Shown here: piece by piece, positions 59,801-64,000 of the stretch
How the letters are laid out: each line of letters begins with the position of its first letter
Position numbering within the stretch: the first letter of the stretch is position 1
DNA from: Macrostomum hystrix
Lineage: Eukaryota; Animalia; Platyhelminthes
Direction of reading: 5' to 3'
Length of the DNA stretch: 64,000 nucleotides
NCBI GenBank assembly: GCA_950097015.1
Contig: CATNEN010000001.1
Coordinates: 24,304,001 to 24,368,000, forward strand
The notes under the pieces: model-generated
The model's input: only the letters and a program-made list of their open reading frames with translations
Told to the model about the DNA's origin: nothing
The model's database searches: none
Made by a program: the position numbers and the translations under genes

Positions 59801-62284
59801 GGGAGAGAAAGGGAGAGAAGGGGAGAGAAGGGGAGAGAAGGGGAGAGAAGGGGAGAGAAAGGGAGAGAAGTGGAGAGAAGGGGAGAGAAGGGGAGAGAAA
59901 GGGAGAAAATGGAAGAGAAGGGGAGAGAAGGGGAGAGAAGGGGAGAGAAAGGGAGAGAAGGGGAGAGAAGGGGAGAGAAAGGGAGAGAAGGGGAGAGAAG
60001 TGGAGAGAAAGGGAGAGAAGGGGAGAGACGGGGAGAGAAGGGGAGAGAAGGGGAGAGAAGTGGAGAGAAGGGGAGAGAAGGGGAGAGAAGGGGAGAGAAG
60101 TGGAGAGAAGGGGAGAGAAGGGGATAGAAAGGGAGAGAAGGGGAGAGAAGGGAAAAGAAGTAGAGAAAAGAAGAAAGAAATGGAGAAAATAAGAGAGAAA
60201 GGGAGAGAGGGAGAGAGAGAGCGGGAGAGAGGAGAGAGGACACTGCCCATTGAATTTCAAAAATCAAATGTTGGAATCGATTCCGATATGTATCGAAAAA
60301 ATGAAATCAGGATTCGAACCAAGGCAACTCCAGACGCGTTTCGCTCTTATTAGAGCTCATCAGTAGAGTCTAGCCTAGCGCTCTAGCCATTAGGCTATAG
60401 GCGCTTGTTCAAATCCAGCTTTCAATCTTAACATATCGTAATCGATTCGGCAGCGCCCCGCAACTCAATCCATACTCACTCAACTCCGTGGCACTGACTC
60501 GGTCGTACGAGACGCCGGTGCTGGCCTGAGAGAGAGGGAGAGAGGGAGAGAGGGAGAGAGGACACTGCCCATTGAATTAAAAAAATCTAATGTTGGAATC
60601 GATTCCGATATGTATCGAAAAAATTGAAATCAGGATTCGAACCAAGGCAACTCCAGACGCGTTTCGCTCTTATTGGAGCTCATCAGTAGAGTCGAGCCTC
60701 TACTGAAGAGGAGAGAGGAGAGAAGGTGAGAGAAGGGGAGAGAAGGGGAGAGAAGGGGAGAGAAGGGGAGAGAAGGGAATAGAAAGGGAGAGAAGGAGAG
60801 AGAAGCGGAGAGAAGGGGAGAGAAGGGGAGAGAAGGGGAGAGAAGGGGAGAGAAAGGGAGAGAAGGAGAGAGAAGCGGAGAGAAGGGGAGAGAAGGGGAG
60901 AGAAGGGGAGAGAAGGGGAGAGAAGGGAAGAGAAAGGGAGAGAAGGCAAGAGAAGGGGAGAGAAGGGGAGAGAAGGGGAGAGAAGTGGAGAGAAGGGGAG
61001 AGAAAGGGAGAGAAGGGAAGAGAAAGGGAGAGAAGGAGAGAGAAGCGGAGAGAAGGGGAGAGAAGGGGAGAGAAGGGGAGAGAAGGGAAGAGAAGTGGAG
61101 AGAAGGGGAGAGAAGGGGAGAGAAGCGGAGAGAAGGGGAGAGAAGTGGAGAGAAGGGGAGAGAAGTGGAGAGAAGGGGAGAGAAAGGGAGAGAAGGGAAG
61201 AGAAAGGGAGAGAAGGAGAGAGAAGCGGAGAGAAGGGGAGAGAAGGGGAGAGAAGGGGAGAGAAGGGGAGAGAAAGGAAGAGAAGCGGAGAGAAGGAGAG
61301 AGAAGGGGAGAGAAGGGGAGAGAAGGGGTAAGGGGGCAGTGGGGGTGAGACAATCACTGAGACTTTTGAGACAGAACTCAGTGGAAAGACAGTGAGCATA
61401 TTTATGAGCAGGAAAGGTGACTGACGCAGTGATAAAACCCAGCAGATTATCTGTATCCAGACCGCATCAAAATTATATCGAATCGAGATGAACATTAGTT
61501 CATGAAAGCGGTCTCACGCTGCTAACGGCAATCAATTCGACCATTCGCATATTTTCCTCTCAAGCAAAAAATCGATGTGAGACCGGGGGAAGTGTTCTTT
61601 AACAGACAGACTTCCAGAATCTTCTAGGAGATGAAAATGAGAAAGCATTTCATATTGATAGTGTGGAAAGCAATGAGAGAGATGTGGCTGTTGTGAACTT
61701 TAAAGAACTTTTTTTCTTTTGACTGCCTGCTTTGGCTTGGCGCGGAGAAACCTTGGTACATCTCTACATTCCTACTGCTTCGGTTTAGCTTAGAAAATAT
61801 GATTCTTCTCTTTTCGATTCTTCTATTGAGTGCCTCTCAGTCGTATTTCGGGCAAAGGTGCTGCCCAATTTTTTTCTGCTGCTCCTAGCGTCTAGTTGCT
61901 AAGCAAGATCGATTCCCCAACAGCCCACTCCCTAGAGCAGCCAGACGTGAGACTTATCCCCCCACTCGATAGCCACTCGTACGGCCGGTCATTAACGCAG
62001 ACAATTGTCCCGGGATTCAACGAGCCGTGTGGGATGCCAACATTCATAATGCATCATTTCTACGAAAATGAGAAACAGCGTAAATCTCTTGAGAACTGCT
62101 CAACTGGTTGGGCGGGTTACTCACCCCATCCGATAGCCATGTAGTTTCCTGTGCTCAGCTTGGCTGTGGACATTGTGTTCACGAAGATCAGCATGTAGAG
62201 GTGCAGAGCCTCGACTGAGACCCAGGCAAAACTGGCCAGCACACTGTACGTCATCAGAGCTTGGTTCGCTCGGCACGGAATGCT
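53877..62284 (-). CDS. Class B (secretin-family) peptide GPCR, TM3 to C-terminus (5' exons outside window)
   Basis: Phase-consistent exons 62284-62125 (C..FAWVSVEALHLY..IGWG), 58320-58187 (IP..W..ECW), 55376-55285 (INAGLFVRIVRELFVKI), 55186-55036 (KSTCVLVVVFGIYY..FNSFQ), 54562-54365 (GFFVSLLFCFVNSEV) and 53939-53877 (stop). Confidence 0.9.
53990..54350. repeat. 12-bp repeat (TTCAGGTCCTCC)n
   Basis: In last GPCR intron; related to 56376-56755. Confidence 0.85.
54597..54965. repeat. 16-bp minisatellite (TTTACCTGTCATAATC)n
   Basis: About 23 copies. Confidence 0.95.
55425..55940. repeat. 24-bp minisatellite (GAAATCCCCATTAGAATCCTGAGT)n
   Basis: Degenerate on the left, homogeneous on the right. 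Confidence 0.92.
56376..56755. repeat. 12-bp repeat (CCCTCAGGTCCT / CCCTCAGGAACT)n
   Basis: About 31 copies. Confidence 0.92.
57150..57502 (-). mobile_element. tRNA-derived SINE, copy 2
   Basis: Head with B-box GAGTTCGATTCC; body homologous to 21774-22110. Confidence 0.78.
57527..58135. repeat. 19-bp minisatellite (AACAGGTTACACCATGTCT)n
   Basis: About 32 copies. Confidence 0.96.
58440..58955. repeat. 18-bp minisatellite (ACTTCGGCTACGATTCTT)n
   Basis: About 28 copies. Confidence 0.96.
59540..60240. repeat. Polypurine 10-bp repeat (GGGAGAGAAG)n
   Basis: Direct inspection. Confidence 0.95.
60327..60369 (-). ncRNA. Minimal type I hammerhead ribozyme, copy 1, inside a tRNA-like Pol III unit (60404-60296)
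   Basis: Minus strand ACUCUA CUGAUGA GCUCU AAUA AGAGC GAAAC GC GUC UGGAGU: full catalytic core, stems I and II, palindromic stem III ACGCGU. Confidence 0.88.
60650..60692 (-). ncRNA. Minimal type I hammerhead ribozyme, copy 2
   Basis: ACUCUA CUGAUGA GCUC CAAUAA GAGC GAAAC GC GUC UGGAGU; differs from copy 1 by one base at the stem II/loop boundary. Confidence 0.88.
60707..61327. repeat. Polypurine 10-bp repeat (AGAAGGGGAG)n
   Basis: Direct inspection. Confidence 0.95.
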
Positions 62285-62397
62285 CTGCAATGAAATATTC
62301 ATTCATTTCCAAATGTCTTCTATGGGTCGGCTTTGAGCCGCAGCCGCAAAAGTCTTTCGTAACCATAAAGTCTAAGGTGCACTGAGTTGTCGGATAA

Positions 62398-64000
62398 TTA
62401 GATCAGCTGCTCCATTACCGGGTCCCTAGATCAGCTGCTCCATTATCAGGTCTCTAGATCAGCTACTGTCCCTAGATCAGCTACTGTCCCTAGATCAGCT
62501 ACTATGTCCCTAGATCAGCTACTGTCCCTAGATCAGCTACTATGTCCCTAGATCAGCTACTGTCCCTAGATCAGCTACTATGTCCCTAGATCAGCTACTG
62601 TCCCTAGATCAGCTACTATGTCCCTAGATCAGCTACTGTCCCTAGATCAGCTACTGTCCCTATATCAGCTACTAAGTCCCTAGATCAGCTACTGTCCCTA
62701 GATCAGCTACTGTCCCTAGATCAGCTAATGTCCCTAGATCAGCTACTGTCCCTAGATCAGCTACTATGTCCCTAGATCAGCTACTGTCCCTAGATCAGCT
62801 ACTATGTCCCTAGATCAGCTACTGTCCCTAGATCAGCTACTGTCCCTAGATCAGCTACTAAGTCCCTAGATCAGCTACTGTCCCTAGATCAGCTACTGTC
62901 CCTAGATCAGCTACTGTCCCTAGATCAGCTACTGTCCCTAGATCAGCTACTGTCCCTAGATCAGCTACTGTCCCTAGATCAGCTGCTCCATTATCAGGTC
63001 TCTAGATCAGCTACTGTCCCTAGATCAGCTACTGTCCCTAGATCAGCTACTATGTCCCTAGATCAGCTACTGTCCCTAGATCAGCTACTATGTCCCTAGA
63101 TCAGCTACTGTCCCTAGATCAGCTACTATGTCCCTAGATCAGCTACTGTCCCTAGATCAGCTACTATGTCCCTAGATCAGCTACTGTCCCTAGATCAGCT
63201 ACTGTCCCTATATCAGCTACTAAGTCCCTAGATCAGCTACTGTCCCTAGATCAGCTACTGTCCCTAGATCAGCTAATGTCCCTAGATCAGCTACTGTCCC
63301 TAGATCAGCTACTATGTCCCTAGATCAGCTACTGTCCCTAGATCAGCTACTATGTCCCTAGATCAGCTACTGTCCCTAGATCAGCTACTGTCCCTAGATC
63401 AGCTACTAAGTCCCTAGATCAGCTACTGTCCCTAGATCAGCTACTGTCCCTAGATCAGCTACTGTCCCTAGATCAGCTACTGTCCCTAGATCAGCTACTG
63501 TCCCTAGATCAGCTACTGTCCCTAGATCAGCTACTGTCCCTAGATCAGCTACTGTCCCTAGATCAGCTACTGTCCCTAGATCAGCTACTGTCCCTAGATC
63601 AGCTACTGTCCCTAGATCAGCTACTGTCCCTAGATCAGCTACTGTCCCTAGATCAGCTACTGTCCCTAGATCAGCTACTATGTCCCTAGATCAGCTACTA
63701 TGTCCCTAGATCAGCTACTGTCCCTAGATCAGCTACTGTCCCTAGATCAGCTACTATGTCCCTAGATCAGCTACTATGTCCCTAGATCAGCTACTGTCCC
63801 TAGATCAGCTACTGTCCCTAGATCAGCTACTATGTCCCTAGATCAGCTACTGTCCCTAGATCAGCTACTGTCCCTAGATCAGCTACTGTCCCTAGATCAG
63901 CTACTGTCCCTAGATCAGCTACTGTCCCTAGATCAGCTACTGTCCCTAGATCAGCTACTGTCCCTAGATCAGCTACTATGTCCCTAGATCAGCTACTGTC
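62398..64000. repeat. 18/20-bp minisatellite (TAGATCAGCTACTGTCCC)n
   Basis: Runs to the window end; lies in a GPCR intron. Confidence 0.97.

Noticed and set aside
60307-60404. Functional tRNA gene
   Set aside because: No 3' acceptor strand and the anticodon loop is replaced by a hammerhead; treated as a tRNA-derived element.
60480-60525. 46-nt AG/GT-bounded candidate exon between the two hammerheads
   Set aside because: The GPCR exons ending 62125 and starting 58320 already join in phase as IGWG-IP; inclusion would frameshift. At most a cryptic exon.
53974-61495. ORFs such as GYDSYF, PSGPPSG, GEKGRE and SPLLSP repeats
   Set aside because: They are translations of intronic satellites within the GPCR gene.

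Overview
Eukaryotic (animal) genomic DNA with GC-rich exons, GT-AG introns and about 25 distinct mini/microsatellite arrays. The style suggests a free-living flatworm such as Macrostomum, but that is inference only. Host genes: an intronless synaptotagmin-like gene; a secreted PAN+C-type lectin; a 5-exon secreted PAN + ALK/LTK-type glycine-rich protein; a 7-exon ankyrin-repeat/STE11-like kinase; prefoldin 5, whose 9.2-kb intron holds an LTR element; NUDT2 just downstream; a spliced gene of unknown function; and the 3' six exons of a class B (secretin-family) GPCR. Mobile DNA: a deleted Mag-type Gypsy; a full-length APE-RT-RNaseH LINE with an 11-bp TSD nested in a mariner remnant; a young Gypsy with no integrase and an extra ORF; tRNA-derived SINEs; and a 39-bp palindromic transposon footprint. 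The most notable observation is a pair of minimal hammerhead ribozymes 323 nt apart, in the sense orientation of a GPCR intron. The complete copy sits in the anticodon position of a tRNA-like Pol III unit. Most long ORFs beyond 38 kb are satellite artefacts. All calls were made by eye; no searches were run.
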